64,000 nucleotides of DNA from assembly GCA_027061805.1 (NCBI GenBank), contig JAMOWA010000068.1, positions 131,660 through 195,659 on the forward strand. Direction: 5' to 3'. The stretch's first letter is position 1; every line of letters starts with the position of its first letter. The notes under the pieces are model-generated. The model saw only the letters and a list, made by a program, of their open reading frames with translations, was not told the origin of the DNA and made no database searches. Positions 27,890-37,755 of this stretch are shown here, piece by piece. The translations under genes and the position numbers were made by a program. Origin of the DNA: Thermoanaerobaculia bacterium. GTDB taxonomy: Bacteria; Acidobacteriota; Thermoanaerobaculia; Thermoanaerobaculales; Sulfomarinibacteraceae.

Positions 27890-29194
27890 GTGTTCAACGT
27901 GAGTCGCAAGCAGCTCGTGACTGCGGCGGCAGTGCTTCTCCTGGTGCCATCCATGGGGTGGGGAGCAGGTTTTGCCATCTTCGAGAATGGTGCCCGCTCC
28001 GCCGCCATGGGTGGGGCCTTCACCGCCGTCGCCGATGATCCCTCGGCCATGTTCTGGAACCCGGCCGGCATGGCATTCCAGACCGACAAGGGCATGCAGC
28101 TGATGGCGGGCGTGTCGCTGATCGCGCCCACCCAGGATTTCAGGGGCCAGGCCGTCTATCCTGGAGACGGGTACACCGCCAGCCAGAAGAGCCAGATCTT
28201 CTATCCGCCGCACCTCTTCTTCCTGATGCCGCTGAATGAACGGTGGACACTGGGCTTCGGTGCCTCCGCACCGTTTGGCCTGGGCACGTGGTGGGAGGAC
28301 GACTATGCCGGTCGCTTCATCTCGAAGCGGACCAACATCCAGAGCTTTGACAACGCATTCAACGTGGCGTGGCGGGCGACCGACTGGGCGGCGTTCTCGG
28401 CCGGTGTCGACTACCTGACGTTCCAGCTGGATCTCACCAACAACATCGGGTTCGTCAATCCCTACACCCAGCAGCTCGTGGACGTGGGCCAGGTCCACCT
28501 CATGACCGACGGCCTCAAGAACAGCGCCTTCGGCTGGAACGTGGGTGCACTGTTCAAGCTCGGCGCAGGGTTCTCCGCAGGCATCGCCTACCGGTCCACG
28601 TTCGATGTCAAGATCGACGATGCGTACGGCTCGTTCATCCAGTTCCCGAGCGGCTATCCCGATTTCGACGCCGTCCTGGCATCGCGGATTCCCTTCGGCC
28701 AGAAGGTCTCCGGCAAGAGCTCCATCGAGCTGCCGGACGTCCTGAGCCTTGGACTGGCCTGGACGGGCGAGACCTGGACCGTGGCGGTCCAGTACAACTG
28801 GCAGGGGTGGTCCTCGTTCCAGACGCTGGATATCGAGTTCATCGACTACCCTCATCTGAACCAGTCCATCGAGGAGGGGTACGAGAATTCCAACACCTAT
28901 CGCATCGGCGCCGAGCACCGGTTCAACGAGAAGGTGGCGATCCAACTCGGGTGGGTGTACGACGAGACCCCGCAGCCCCGGTTCTCCATGTCACCCCTGC
29001 TGGGCGATTCCGACCGCAGGGAGTACAACATCGGCATGAGCTACACCGCCGGAAAGATGCGCTTCGACGTCGGGTACACGTACCTCATGGCGGCCAGGCG
29101 TGCCACGGACGGCACCTCCGTGGACGGCTACGACGGTGAGTACCGGGACACGGTGGCCAACATCTTCAACATGACCTTCTCCTACCAGTTCTGA
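27890..29194 (+). CDS. FadL/OmpP1/TodX-family outer-membrane transport protein
   Basis: GTG start after GAAGGAGG. Has a signal peptide, the N-terminal hatch block GFAIFENGARSAAMGGAF, alternating beta-strand pattern and terminal ...FSYQF. Confidence 0.85.
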   Translation: MFNVSRKQLVTAAAVLLLVPSMGWGAGFAIFENGARSAAMGGAFTAVADDPSAMFWNPAGMAFQTDKGMQLMAGVSLIAPTQDFRGQAVYPGDGYTASQKSQIFYPPHLFFLMPLNERWTLGFGASAPFGLGTWWEDDYAGRFISKRTNIQSFDNAFNVAWRATDWAAFSAGVDYLTFQLDLTNNIGFVNPYTQQLVDVGQVHLMTDGLKNSAFGWNVGALFKLGAGFSAGIAYRSTFDVKIDDAYGSFIQFPSGYPDFDAVLASRIPFGQKVSGKSSIELPDVLSLGLAWTGETWTVAVQYNWQGWSSFQTLDIEFIDYPHLNQSIEEGYENSNTYRIGAEHRFNEKVAIQLGWVYDETPQPRFSMSPLLGDSDRREYNIGMSYTAGKMRFDVGYTYLMAARRATDGTSVDGYDGEYRDTVANIFNMTFSYQF

Positions 29195-29208
29195 AAGGAG
29201 GGACAACC

Positions 29209-30630
29209 ATGAAAAAGGTTCTTGCTCTCGCAGTCGCCGCGGTTGTCCTGGCCACAGTCCCGGCTGCGGCCGTGGACTTCACGACCTATGTCGCGCTGGG
29301 TGACAGCCTGACGGCGGGATTCTCCTCTGGCGGACTCGCCCAGCCCTTCCAGGAAGGCTCCTACCCGGCGCTGCTGGCCCGCCAGGCCGGTACGCCCGTG
29401 TTCGAGCAGCCCCTGGTGGAGTACCCGGGCATCCCACCCGTCCTCATCCTGCTCCAGCTCCACCCCGGCCCCGTGCTTGTCCCCGCGTCGGAGACGCCCG
29501 GCAGGCCCCTGAATGCCGAGTATCCCTACCCCTACAACAACCTGGGCGTGCCCGGAGCCGACCTCTACGACCTGCTGTTCACCACGGGTGACATCTACAA
29601 CCTGCTGGCGGGGAACTACGACAACGTGATGCACGACCTGATCCTCAGGAACGGCGAGCACACGGCCCTCGAGCAGGCCATCGGCCTCGACCCCACCTTC
29701 CTCACCCTGTGGATCGGCAACAACGACGTTCTCGGGGCGGCGGTCTACGCCACGCCCATCGACGGCGTCACCATGACCCCGGCGGCCAACTTCGAGCAGA
29801 TGTACAACACCGTGGCGGCGGCCCTTGCCGAGCACACGAACGCCGACATGGTCTTCATCAACCTGCCCGACGTGACGGCCATCCCCTTCATCACGACGCT
29901 CAAGCCCTACATCGAGCTGCCCGACGGCACCCACGTGCCGCTCATCGGCTCCAAGGGCCTCCTGCCCGAGGACGCGTACGTGACCCTGGGCGCCGCCTCC
30001 CTGCTGGCCCAGGGAATCGGCATTCCCGTGGAGCTCGGCGGGACCGGCATCCCGCTGCCCGAGGATCTGCAGATCACCGCCGAGGGTGCCATTCCCGGCG
30101 TGGTGCTGCGCCAGGACGAGGCGGCGGTGATCAACGGCCGTGTGGCCGCCTTCAACGACATCATCGCCGCCGCGGCCGACGCCGTGGGCGCGAAGGTCTT
30201 TGACGTCAACGCGTTCTTCAACGAGGTGGCCTCCGGCGAGCTCTGGTCCGTGGGCGGCCTGGAGATCGGCACGGCCTACATGGTGGGCGGCCTGTTCTCC
30301 TACGACGGCGTCCATCCGCAGAAGATCGGATACGGCGTCATCGCCGCCGAGCTCATCGACTTCATCAACGAGGCGTTCGACCTCAGGCATTACGGCGGTG
30401 AGATCACCAATGTCAACATGTATGAGATCATGACCGGGAGCGCCGAGGATCAGCCGATCCCCACGCCTCTCACAACCGCCGACATCCAGCGGCTCTTCAC
30501 GCGCGAGGCGTTCCAGACCCTCCAGCAGGTGTTCGTACCGAGGCTGGAGAACTACCACAGGACGCCCCGCCAGGGTGGTCGGGTGGCGCCGGAGCTCGGC
30601 GTCAAGCCCAAGGCGAACGTGCTCCGCTGA
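29209..30630 (+). CDS. secreted SGNH/GDSL-type hydrolase (lipase/esterase)
   Basis: Signal peptide MKKVLALAVAAVVLATVPAAA. Blocks GDSLTAG (I), GNND (III) and DGVHP (V). Confidence 0.8.
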   Translation: MKKVLALAVAAVVLATVPAAAVDFTTYVALGDSLTAGFSSGGLAQPFQEGSYPALLARQAGTPVFEQPLVEYPGIPPVLILLQLHPGPVLVPASETPGRPLNAEYPYPYNNLGVPGADLYDLLFTTGDIYNLLAGNYDNVMHDLILRNGEHTALEQAIGLDPTFLTLWIGNNDVLGAAVYATPIDGVTMTPAANFEQMYNTVAAALAEHTNADMVFINLPDVTAIPFITTLKPYIELPDGTHVPLIGSKGLLPEDAYVTLGAASLLAQGIGIPVELGGTGIPLPEDLQITAEGAIPGVVLRQDEAAVINGRVAAFNDIIAAAADAVGAKVFDVNAFFNEVASGELWSVGGLEIGTAYMVGGLFSYDGVHPQKIGYGVIAAELIDFINEAFDLRHYGGEITNVNMYEIMTGSAEDQPIPTPLTTADIQRLFTREAFQTLQQVFVPRLENYHRTPRQGGRVAPELGVKPKANVLR

Positions 30631-30651
30631 ACTTCCCTCCTCGTTCTTCCG

Positions 30652-30682
30652 GGGCCCGGGCCTGTGCCCGGGCCCTTTTTCT
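30652..30682 (+). terminator. rho-independent terminator
   Basis: gggcccgggc ctgt gcccgggccc followed by ttttt, 22 nt after the SGNH gene stop. Confidence 0.75.
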
Positions 30683-30711
30683 CCGGTGACGGTACGGGAT
30701 ACCATGACACC

Positions 30712-31620
30712 GTGACCCCGAGCAGCGATCCGTCACACCTCCGGCATCACGTGGCCGGATACATGGCCCACCTGGCGGTGGAGCGGAACCTGGCGTCCCG
30801 GACCCTGGAGGCCTACGGGCGGGACCTCGACTCCTTCTGCGCATGGCTCGGCCACCGCGGTCTTGGCCTGGGGGACGTGGAACGCTCCACGGTCCGCAAT
30901 TTCATCGGGGAGCGCCGGGATGGGGGCCTCTCGGCCCGCTCCGCGGCCCGTCTGCTGTCCAGCCTGCGGGGCTTCTTCCTGTACCTCGCCAGGGAAGGGG
31001 TGATCTCCACGGACCCCACCGCGGAGCTTCGCTCTCCCTCCCTCTGGAAGACCGTTCCCCACGCCCTCACCACCTCGGAGGTGGAGCACCTCCTGGCAGC
31101 ACCGGACCCCTCCACGCCGCTGGGCCTGCGGGACCGCGCCATGCTGGAGACGCTCTACGCCACGGGGGTCCGGGTGTCGGAGCTCGTGGGGCTGACCCTG
31201 GAGAACCTCCGCCTCGACCCCGGGTTCGTCCGCATCATGGGCAAGGGCCGCAAGGAACGGCTCGTACCCCTGGGGTCGTCGGCCGTTGAGTGGGTGGACC
31301 GGTACCTCCGCGAGGCCCGGCCCGCGCTCGACCGCCTGGGGGTTCCCGAGGTCTTCCTCAACCACCGCGGCGGGCCGCTCACACGCCAGGGCTTCTGGAA
31401 GATCCTCCGCGCCCACGGTCTCAGGGCCGGGATCCGCACCCGTCTCACGCCCCACGTGCTGCGGCACTCCTTCGCAACACACCTGGTGGAGCACGGTGCC
31501 GACCTCCGGTCGGTCCAGATGATGCTGGGACACGCCTCCCTCACCACCACCGAGATCTACACCCACGTGGCCCGCGAACGCCTGCGCCGGCTCTATGACG
31601 AGAAGCATCCCCGTGCGTAG
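30712..31620 (+). CDS. xerD: site-specific tyrosine recombinase XerD
   Basis: GVRVSEL, HVLRHSFATHL and LGHASLTTTEIYTHV (R-H-R-Y set), with an XerD-like C-terminus ERLRRLYDEKHPRA. GTG 30712 was chosen because ORF start 30664 lies inside the terminator. Confidence 0.85.
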   Translation: MTPSSDPSHLRHHVAGYMAHLAVERNLASRTLEAYGRDLDSFCAWLGHRGLGLGDVERSTVRNFIGERRDGGLSARSAARLLSSLRGFFLYLAREGVISTDPTAELRSPSLWKTVPHALTTSEVEHLLAAPDPSTPLGLRDRAMLETLYATGVRVSELVGLTLENLRLDPGFVRIMGKGRKERLVPLGSSAVEWVDRYLREARPALDRLGVPEVFLNHRGGPLTRQGFWKILRAHGLRAGIRTRLTPHVLRHSFATHLVEHGADLRSVQMMLGHASLTTTEIYTHVARERLRRLYDEKHPRA

Positions 31621-32305
31621 GACGGCCATGCTCGCCGCCGTGCTCGTCCTGGCGGCCCTCACGGCCCGGGCGGCCGGCCTCGCCGTCTTCGTGGACGGCA
31701 GGGTCCTGGAGGTGGAGGACGCCCGGCTCCGGGGTGACCGGATCCTCCTGACACTGCCGGGGGGAGGGGCGCTCGAGGTCCCGGCGACCCGGATCGACCG
31801 CATCGTCCGGGACACCACGCCAGACACGACCGGCTCCGCCGGGGCCGGACTGGATCCCGCCTGCGATCCGGCCTGGAAGGAGGAGCCCCTCCCCGCCAGC
31901 CTGCCCTTTGCCGCCGAGATCACGAAGGCCGCCCGGTCAGCGAACCTCAACCCCTGGCTCCTGGCGGCGCTCGTCCAGCAGGAGTCCGCCTTCGATCCCA
32001 GGGCGGAGTCCAGGGCCGGGGCACGGGGCCTGACCCAGCTCATGCCGTCGGCGGCCGCAGACCACCACGTCAGGGACGTCTGGGACCCGGCGGAGAACCT
32101 GCGGGGGGGCGCCCGCCACCTTCGGCGGCTCCTGGACAGGTTCGGCGACCTGCGGCTGGCCCTGGCAGCGTACAACGCCGGTGCCGCCACGGTGGAACGG
32201 GAGGGGGGCATCCCGCCGTGGCGGGAGACACGGACCTTCGTCCGGCGGGTCCTGGAGAGCTATTGTGGTTCCCATCCGGCCCACCGGGAACAGAGGGAGC
32301 CCTGA
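31595..32305 (+). CDS. lytic transglycosylase (SLT domain) with signal peptide
   Basis: LVQQESAFDPRAESRAGARGLTQLMP and LAAYNAG blocks. The start is either 31595 (overlapping xerD) or ATG 31628. Confidence 0.8.
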   Translation: MTRSIPVRRTAMLAAVLVLAALTARAAGLAVFVDGRVLEVEDARLRGDRILLTLPGGGALEVPATRIDRIVRDTTPDTTGSAGAGLDPACDPAWKEEPLPASLPFAAEITKAARSANLNPWLLAALVQQESAFDPRAESRAGARGLTQLMPSAAADHHVRDVWDPAENLRGGARHLRRLLDRFGDLRLALAAYNAGAATVEREGGIPPWRETRTFVRRVLESYCGSHPAHREQREP

Positions 32306-32375
32306 AGGTGGATCCGGGGGACTACCACCCCGCCCCCGAACCGGGCTAGACTCGCTCCACATGGAGGGTGTACCC

Positions 32376-32825
32376 ATGAGAATGGCAACGAGGCTGACCG
32401 TCCTGCTGGTGGGGATCGTCGTGATGGCCGGAGGATGCGGACCCCGCCTGACCCCCGAGCAGCTCACGCAGAAGCTCAGGCTGTCCCACGAGATCGTGCC
32501 CGTGGGGTTCACGACGATCCACGATGCCGAGGGCAACCCCTCTCTGGTTGTCGACCTGCGGGTGACCAACAGGGGCACCGAGCCGCTCCCCCACCTGACC
32601 GTGCTGGTACAGCTCAGGGCGCCCGACGGCACCGTCAGGGCCTCCCGGAGGGTCACCCTGGATCTGGCCGGAGCCCGGCCCGGTGTGGGCGTCCAGGTGG
32701 CCGCGACCCTGGAGGGGGTGGAGGCCGGGCCCGAGGATCAGGTCACCGTGGAGCTCGAGTCGGGCCTCACCGACGAGGCCGTGCGGACATTGCCCGAGTT
32801 CGGAGACGTGACAAGGCGTGGATGA
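32376..32825 (+). CDS. small lipoprotein, unknown function
   Basis: MRMATRLTVLLVGIVVMAGGC has a lipobox-like VMAGGC. GGAGG lies 8 nt upstream of ATG 32376. Confidence 0.6.
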   Translation: MRMATRLTVLLVGIVVMAGGCGPRLTPEQLTQKLRLSHEIVPVGFTTIHDAEGNPSLVVDLRVTNRGTEPLPHLTVLVQLRAPDGTVRASRRVTLDLAGARPGVGVQVAATLEGVEAGPEDQVTVELESGLTDEAVRTLPEFGDVTRRG

Positions 32826-32846
32826 GCTTCCGGCGGGCAGCCCGGG

Positions 32847-33113
32847 TCAGTTGGACGTCACGCCCGGGGTGGGATCGATGCCGAACCGTTCCAGGAGGGT
32901 CCGGCGGGCCAGGGGAAGGATCCGTGCCTCGAAGTGGTCCAGGCTGCCGGAGTCCATGCGGGCCACGGCAGACCGGGTGGCCTCCAGCAGCCGCAACCCC
33001 TCGCACAGCTTCAGCTCGGGATCGCTGCGGATGATGTCCAGGACCATCTCGCCCATGAGTCGGCACCTGGCCTCCGCCACCATCCCCCTCATGTCGTGCT
33101 CCAGACGCTGCAT
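32847..33113 (-). CDS. small hypothetical protein (88 aa)
   Basis: MQRLEHDMRGMVAEARCRL... has balanced, helical-looking composition. No family recognised and no clear RBS. Confidence 0.4.
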   Translation of the reverse strand: MQRLEHDMRGMVAEARCRLMGEMVLDIIRSDPELKLCEGLRLLEATRSAVARMDSGSLDHFEARILPLARRTLLERFGIDPTPGVTSN

Positions 33114-33151
33114 TCCCCGGCCTCCACGACGGTTCAACCCCCGGAGAACCC

Positions 33152-33398
33152 ATGGCATTCCCCGATCCTGCTGAGCTCCTGGACACGGCCCTGGCCGCCG
33201 CCCGGGCGGGCGCCGACCGGCTCATGGCCCACTGGAGGTCCCCTCGATCCCTCCCAGGTCCACGAGAAGGCCCGGAACGACCTGGTGACCGACATGGACG
33301 GAAGAACGGCGTTCCTCGAGACCGGAGACATCATCGCCGGAACGGCCGGCGTGCATGCGGAGCTCCTGCACACGGTGGACGTCCACCGGCCCGACTGA
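33152..33398 (+). pseudogene. inositol-monophosphatase-family remnant (frameshift plus large internal deletion)
   Basis: N-terminus MAFPDPAELLDTALAAARAGADRLMAHW. After a +1 shift it reads LDPSQVHEKARNDLVTDMDGRTAFLETGDIIAGTAGVHAELL, which is the family C-terminal end. About 80 codons remain versus about 260 expected. Confidence 0.6.
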
Positions 33399-33409
33399 AT
33401 CTCCCGACG

Positions 33410-33437
33410 TTGAACGCTCGCACGAACACGATATACT
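33410..33437 (+). promoter_or_regulatory. candidate sigma70-type promoter
   Basis: TTGAAC, a 16-nt spacer, then TATACT in a locally AT-richer stretch, 17 nt before ATG 33454. Confidence 0.4.
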
Positions 33438-33453
33438 CGTGGATGGGAGAACC

Positions 33454-33924
33454 ATGACCGATACCAATCCCGCCCATGAGAGGATCACCGAGGCCGTGGA
33501 GCTGACACGGAAGGAACAGTACGAGGAGGCCCTGGCGCTCTTCGACGAGCACCTGTCCACGCTCACTTCCGGTTCCCTCGAGGACAAGCGGATCGCGGCC
33601 GGCGCTCTCTCCTTCTACGGCCTCTGCGTCGCCAAGATCCGCCGGCGGTACGGCGAGGCGGTCAAGTACTGCAACATCTCCATCAGGTCCAACATGTTCG
33701 ACCCCGACCACCGCTACAACCTGGCGCTGGTGTACCTGGAGTGCGACGACCGCAGGCGTGCCGTGGAATCACTGAGCGCCGGGCTGAAGCTCAAGCCGGG
33801 CCACCCCGGCATCAACAAGATCTTCGACACCATCGGCCGCCGGCAGAAGCCCGTCATCGGCTTCCTCCCGAGGGACAACCCCCTCAACGTCTGGCTCGGA
33901 CGCAAGCGCCGCGGCGGGAGCTGA
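33454..33924 (+). CDS. TPR-like helical repeat protein
   Basis: 156 aa with TPR-like pairs (YEEALALFDEHL..., HRYNLALVYLECDDRRRAVESLSAGLKLKPGHP) and a basic tail. Confidence 0.6.
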   Translation: MTDTNPAHERITEAVELTRKEQYEEALALFDEHLSTLTSGSLEDKRIAAGALSFYGLCVAKIRRRYGEAVKYCNISIRSNMFDPDHRYNLALVYLECDDRRRAVESLSAGLKLKPGHPGINKIFDTIGRRQKPVIGFLPRDNPLNVWLGRKRRGGS

Positions 33925-34149
33925 GTCCCACTCCACAGACGCTGAGGCCGGCCATTCCATCCCCTGTCGGCAGACGGCAGACAGTGGCTCCCGTCACCCC
34001 CGTGTCACGGTCCCGCCTCGGAGGTTGCGGGGGGACCGTTCGAGGCGTATGCTGTGGGCTGTTTACCGGGCGGAGCCCCCGGAAACCGGGAGGGGCCCGC
34101 CGACCGCAACGCAATCCAGCTCGACAGTTCGGGCTCGCAGGAGGTTTTC

Positions 34150-37100
34150 ATGGCACAACGACGCATGGTCACCATCGACGGCAACGAGGCCACGGCCTCT
34201 GTGGCACACCGCCTCAACGAGGTCTGCGCCATCTACCCCATCACGCCCTCCTCGCCCATGGGCGAGCATGCCGACGAGTGGTCGGCCAGGGGACGGACCA
34301 ACATCTGGGGCACGGTGCCGCAGGTGGTGGAGATGCAGTCCGAGGGCGGCGCGTCCGGCGCCGTGCACGGCTCGCTCCAGGGTGGCGCCCTGACCACCAC
34401 CTTCACCGCCTCCCAGGGCCTGCTGCTCATGATCCCCAACATGCACAAGATCGCGGGCGAGCTCACCTCCACCGTCTTCCACGTCTCCGCCAGGACCGTG
34501 GCCACCCACGCCCTGTCCATCTTCGGTGACCACTCGGACATCTACGACTGCCGGGCCACGGGCTGGGCCATGCTGGCCTCCAACTCGGTGCAGGAGGCCC
34601 ACGACTTCGCCTGCATCGCCCAGGCGGCCACCCTGGAGAGCCGGATCCCCTTCCTCCACTTCTTCGACGGGTTCCGGACCTCCCACGAGGTCTCCAAGAT
34701 CGAGGAGCTCACCGACGACGACCTGCGCTCCATGATCGACGAGGAGCTCGTCCAGGCCCACCGCAGGCGGGCGCTCTCCCCCGACCACCCGGTCCTCCGC
34801 GGCGCTGCCCAGAACCCCGACACCTTCTTCCAGGCCCGCGAGGCCATCAACACCTACTACGAGGCCTGCCCCGGCATCGTGCAGAAGGCGATGGACCGCT
34901 TCGCCGCCCTCACCGGCCGGGCCTATCGCCTCTTCGACTACGTGGGCGACCCCGAGGCCGAGCGCGTGGTCATCCTCATGGGCTCCGGCGCCGACGCCGT
35001 CCACGAGTACGTGGAGTGGGCCACCCGGCATGGCGAGAAGGTGGGCGTGTTGAAGGTCCGCCTCTACCGGCCCTTCTCCAAGGAGCACCTTGTGGCGGCC
35101 CTGCCGAAGACCGTGAAGGCCATCGCCGTGCTCGACCGGACCAAGGAGCCGGGGGCCGGCGGCGAGCCGCTCTACCTGGACGTGGTGACCGCACTGGCCG
35201 AGGCGCGGGTCGAGGGACTCTCGGACTTCGTCCGGGAGCCGCGGGTGGTGGGAGGCCGGTACGGCCTGTCCTCCAAGGAGTTCAACGCCGGCATGATCAA
35301 GGGCGTCTTCGACGAGCTCGCCAGGGACACCCCGAAGAACCACTTCACCGTGGGCATCGTGGATGACGTCAGCTTCACCTCCCTGCCGCTGAACGAGGAC
35401 TTCGACATCGAGCCCGACGACGTGACCCGCGCGGTGTTCTGGGGCCTGGGCTCCGACGGCACCGTGGGCGCCAACAAGAACTCCATCAAGATCATCGGCG
35501 AGGAGACGGACAACTGGGCGCAGGGCTATTTCGTCTACGACTCCAAGAAGGCCGGGGCCATCACCATCTCGCACCTCCGCTTCGGTCCCAGGCCCATCCG
35601 GTCCTCCTATCTCATCAAGAAGGCCAACTTCGTGGCCTGTCACCAGTGGGTCTTCCTGGACAAGTACGACGTCCTGGAGTACGCGGAGCCGGGTGCGGTG
35701 TTCCTGGTAAACTCGCCCTTCGGCCCCGACGAGGTGTGGGACCACTTCCCCGTGGAGGTCCAGGAGCAGATCCTGGAGAAGAACCTCAAGCTCTACGTGA
35801 TCGACGCCTACTCGGTGGCGAAGGAATCGGGCATGGGCATGAGGATCAACACCATCATGCAGACCTGCTTCTTCGCCATCTCCGGCGTCCTGCCCCGGGA
35901 CGAGGCCATCGCCCAGATCAAGAACGCCATCAAGAAGACCTACGGCGTCAAGGGTGACGAGATCGTCCAGCTCAACTTCAAGGCGGTGGACAACTCGCTG
36001 GCGAACCTCCACGAGGTGAAGGTCCCCGGCAAGGTCACGTCCACGCACCGCCGTCCGCCCATCGTCCCCGACGAGGCACCGGACTTCGTCAAGAAGGTGA
36101 CCGCGGTGATGATCGCCGGCAAGGGCGACCTGCTCCCGGTGAGCGCCTTCCCGCCGGACGGCACCTGGCCCACCGCCACCACGCAGTGGGAGAAGCGCAA
36201 CATCGCGCTGGAGATCCCCGTCTGGGACGAGGAGCTCTGCATCCAGTGCAACAAGTGCGCCCTGGTCTGCCCCCACGCGGCCATCCGCGCCAAGGTCTAC
36301 GATCCCGCGCTCCTCGAGGGTGCTCCGGAGACCTTCAAGTCGGTGGACTACAAGGCGCCGGACTTCAAGGGCATGAAGTACACCATCCAGGTGGCGCCGG
36401 AGGACTGCACCGGCTGCACCCTCTGCGTGAAGGTCTGCCCCGCCAAGGACAGGACCAACCCCAGCCACAAGGCGCTCGACATGCACCCCCAGATGCCCCT
36501 CCGGGAGCCCGAGCGCGCCAACTACGCCTTCTTCCTGGATCTCCCCGAGGTGGACCGCACGAAGATCACGAAGCTGGACGTGAAGACCTCCCAGTTCCTC
36601 CAGCCGCTCTTCGAGTACTCCGGCGCCTGCCTGGGTTGCGGCGAGACGCCCTACATCAAGCTCATGACCCAGCTCTTCGGGGACCGGGCGCTCATCGCCA
36701 ACGCCACGGGCTGCTCCTCCATCTACGGCGGCAACCTCCCCACCACGCCCTACTCCGTGAACCAGGACGGGCGCGGCCCGGCGTGGTCCAACTCGCTCTT
36801 CGAGGACAACGCCGAGTTCGGCCTGGGCTTCCGCCTCGCGGTGGACCACGCCAACGAGTACGCCCGGCAGCTGGTCCAGAAGCTCGCCGGGCAGCTGGGT
36901 GACGAGCTCGCCGGTGGCCTCCTCACGGCGGACCAGAGCAGCGAGGCCGGGATCGCCGAGCAGCGCGCCCGGGTGGACGCCCTCCGCCAGAAGCTGGCCG
37001 GCATCGACAGCCCCGACGCCCGCCACCTGGAGGTGGTGGCCGACTCCCTGGTCCGGAAGAGCGTCTGGGTCGTCGGCGGCGACGGCTGGGCCTACGACAT

Positions 37101-37731
37101 CGGGTACGGCGGCCTGGACCACGTGCTGGCCCTGAACCGCGACGTGAACATCCTGGTCCTGGACACCGCCGTGTACTCCAACACGGGCGGGCAGGCCTCC
37201 AAGGCCACGCCGCTGGCCGCAGCGGCCAAGTTCGCCTACGCCGGCAAGCCCATGGCCAGCAAGGACCTGGGCATGATGGCCATGACCTACGGTCACGTCT
37301 ACGTGGCCCAGGTGGCCTTCGGCTCGAAGGACCGCCAGACCGTCCAGGCCTTCCAGGAGGCGGAGTCCTACCACGGGACCTCCCTGATCATCGCCTACTC
37401 CCACTGCATCGCCCACGGGTACGGCATGGAGGACGGGCTGACCCACCAGGAGCTGGCCGTCAACTCCGGCCTGTGGCCCCTCTACCGCTTCGACCCGCGG
37501 CGGGCCGCCATGGGCGAGCCGCCACTGAAGCTCGACTCCAGGGAGCCCAAGGTCTCCCTGGAGGAGCTGGCCAGGCTGGAAGGCCGTTTCCGGATGGTCA
37601 TGAAGACCAACCCGGAGCACGCGAAGGAGCTCATGGAGAAGGCCGAGCGTGCCGCTCGCGAGCGGTACGAGATCTACCGGCAGCTGTCCCAGATCAGGCC
37701 CACCCCGGTGGACTCCGAACCGGCGAGCTGA
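34150..37731 (+). CDS. nifJ: pyruvate:ferredoxin (flavodoxin) oxidoreductase, single-polypeptide type
   Basis: 1193 aa with two ferredoxin motifs, CIQCNKCALVCP and CTGCTLCVKVCP, and a TPP block GGDGWAYDIGYGGLDH. AGGAGG precedes ATG 34150. Confidence 0.95.
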   Translation: MAQRRMVTIDGNEATASVAHRLNEVCAIYPITPSSPMGEHADEWSARGRTNIWGTVPQVVEMQSEGGASGAVHGSLQGGALTTTFTASQGLLLMIPNMHKIAGELTSTVFHVSARTVATHALSIFGDHSDIYDCRATGWAMLASNSVQEAHDFACIAQAATLESRIPFLHFFDGFRTSHEVSKIEELTDDDLRSMIDEELVQAHRRRALSPDHPVLRGAAQNPDTFFQAREAINTYYEACPGIVQKAMDRFAALTGRAYRLFDYVGDPEAERVVILMGSGADAVHEYVEWATRHGEKVGVLKVRLYRPFSKEHLVAALPKTVKAIAVLDRTKEPGAGGEPLYLDVVTALAEARVEGLSDFVREPRVVGGRYGLSSKEFNAGMIKGVFDELARDTPKNHFTVGIVDDVSFTSLPLNEDFDIEPDDVTRAVFWGLGSDGTVGANKNSIKIIGEETDNWAQGYFVYDSKKAGAITISHLRFGPRPIRSSYLIKKANFVACHQWVFLDKYDVLEYAEPGAVFLVNSPFGPDEVWDHFPVEVQEQILEKNLKLYVIDAYSVAKESGMGMRINTIMQTCFFAISGVLPRDEAIAQIKNAIKKTYGVKGDEIVQLNFKAVDNSLANLHEVKVPGKVTSTHRRPPIVPDEAPDFVKKVTAVMIAGKGDLLPVSAFPPDGTWPTATTQWEKRNIALEIPVWDEELCIQCNKCALVCPHAAIRAKVYDPALLEGAPETFKSVDYKAPDFKGMKYTIQVAPEDCTGCTLCVKVCPAKDRTNPSHKALDMHPQMPLREPERANYAFFLDLPEVDRTKITKLDVKTSQFLQPLFEYSGACLGCGETPYIKLMTQLFGDRALIANATGCSSIYGGNLPTTPYSVNQDGRGPAWSNSLFEDNAEFGLGFRLAVDHANEYARQLVQKLAGQLGDELAGGLLTADQSSEAGIAEQRARVDALRQKLAGIDSPDARHLEVVADSLVRKSVWVVGGDGWAYDIGYGGLDHVLALNRDVNILVLDTAVYSNTGGQASKATPLAAAAKFAYAGKPMASKDLGMMAMTYGHVYVAQVAFGSKDRQTVQAFQEAESYHGTSLIIAYSHCIAHGYGMEDGLTHQELAVNSGLWPLYRFDPRRAAMGEPPLKLDSREPKVSLEELARLEGRFRMVMKTNPEHAKELMEKAERAARERYEIYRQLSQIRPTPVDSEPAS

Positions 37732-37755
37732 CGGGAAGGAACAGGGAAGACCCCC

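Noticed and set aside
30712-31620. Tyrosine recombinase considered as the integrase of a mobile element or island.
   Set aside because: The sequence ends with the XerD-specific ...HPRA tail. There are no flanking direct repeats, tRNA, phage or transfer genes. The neighbours are a lytic transglycosylase and a lipoprotein.
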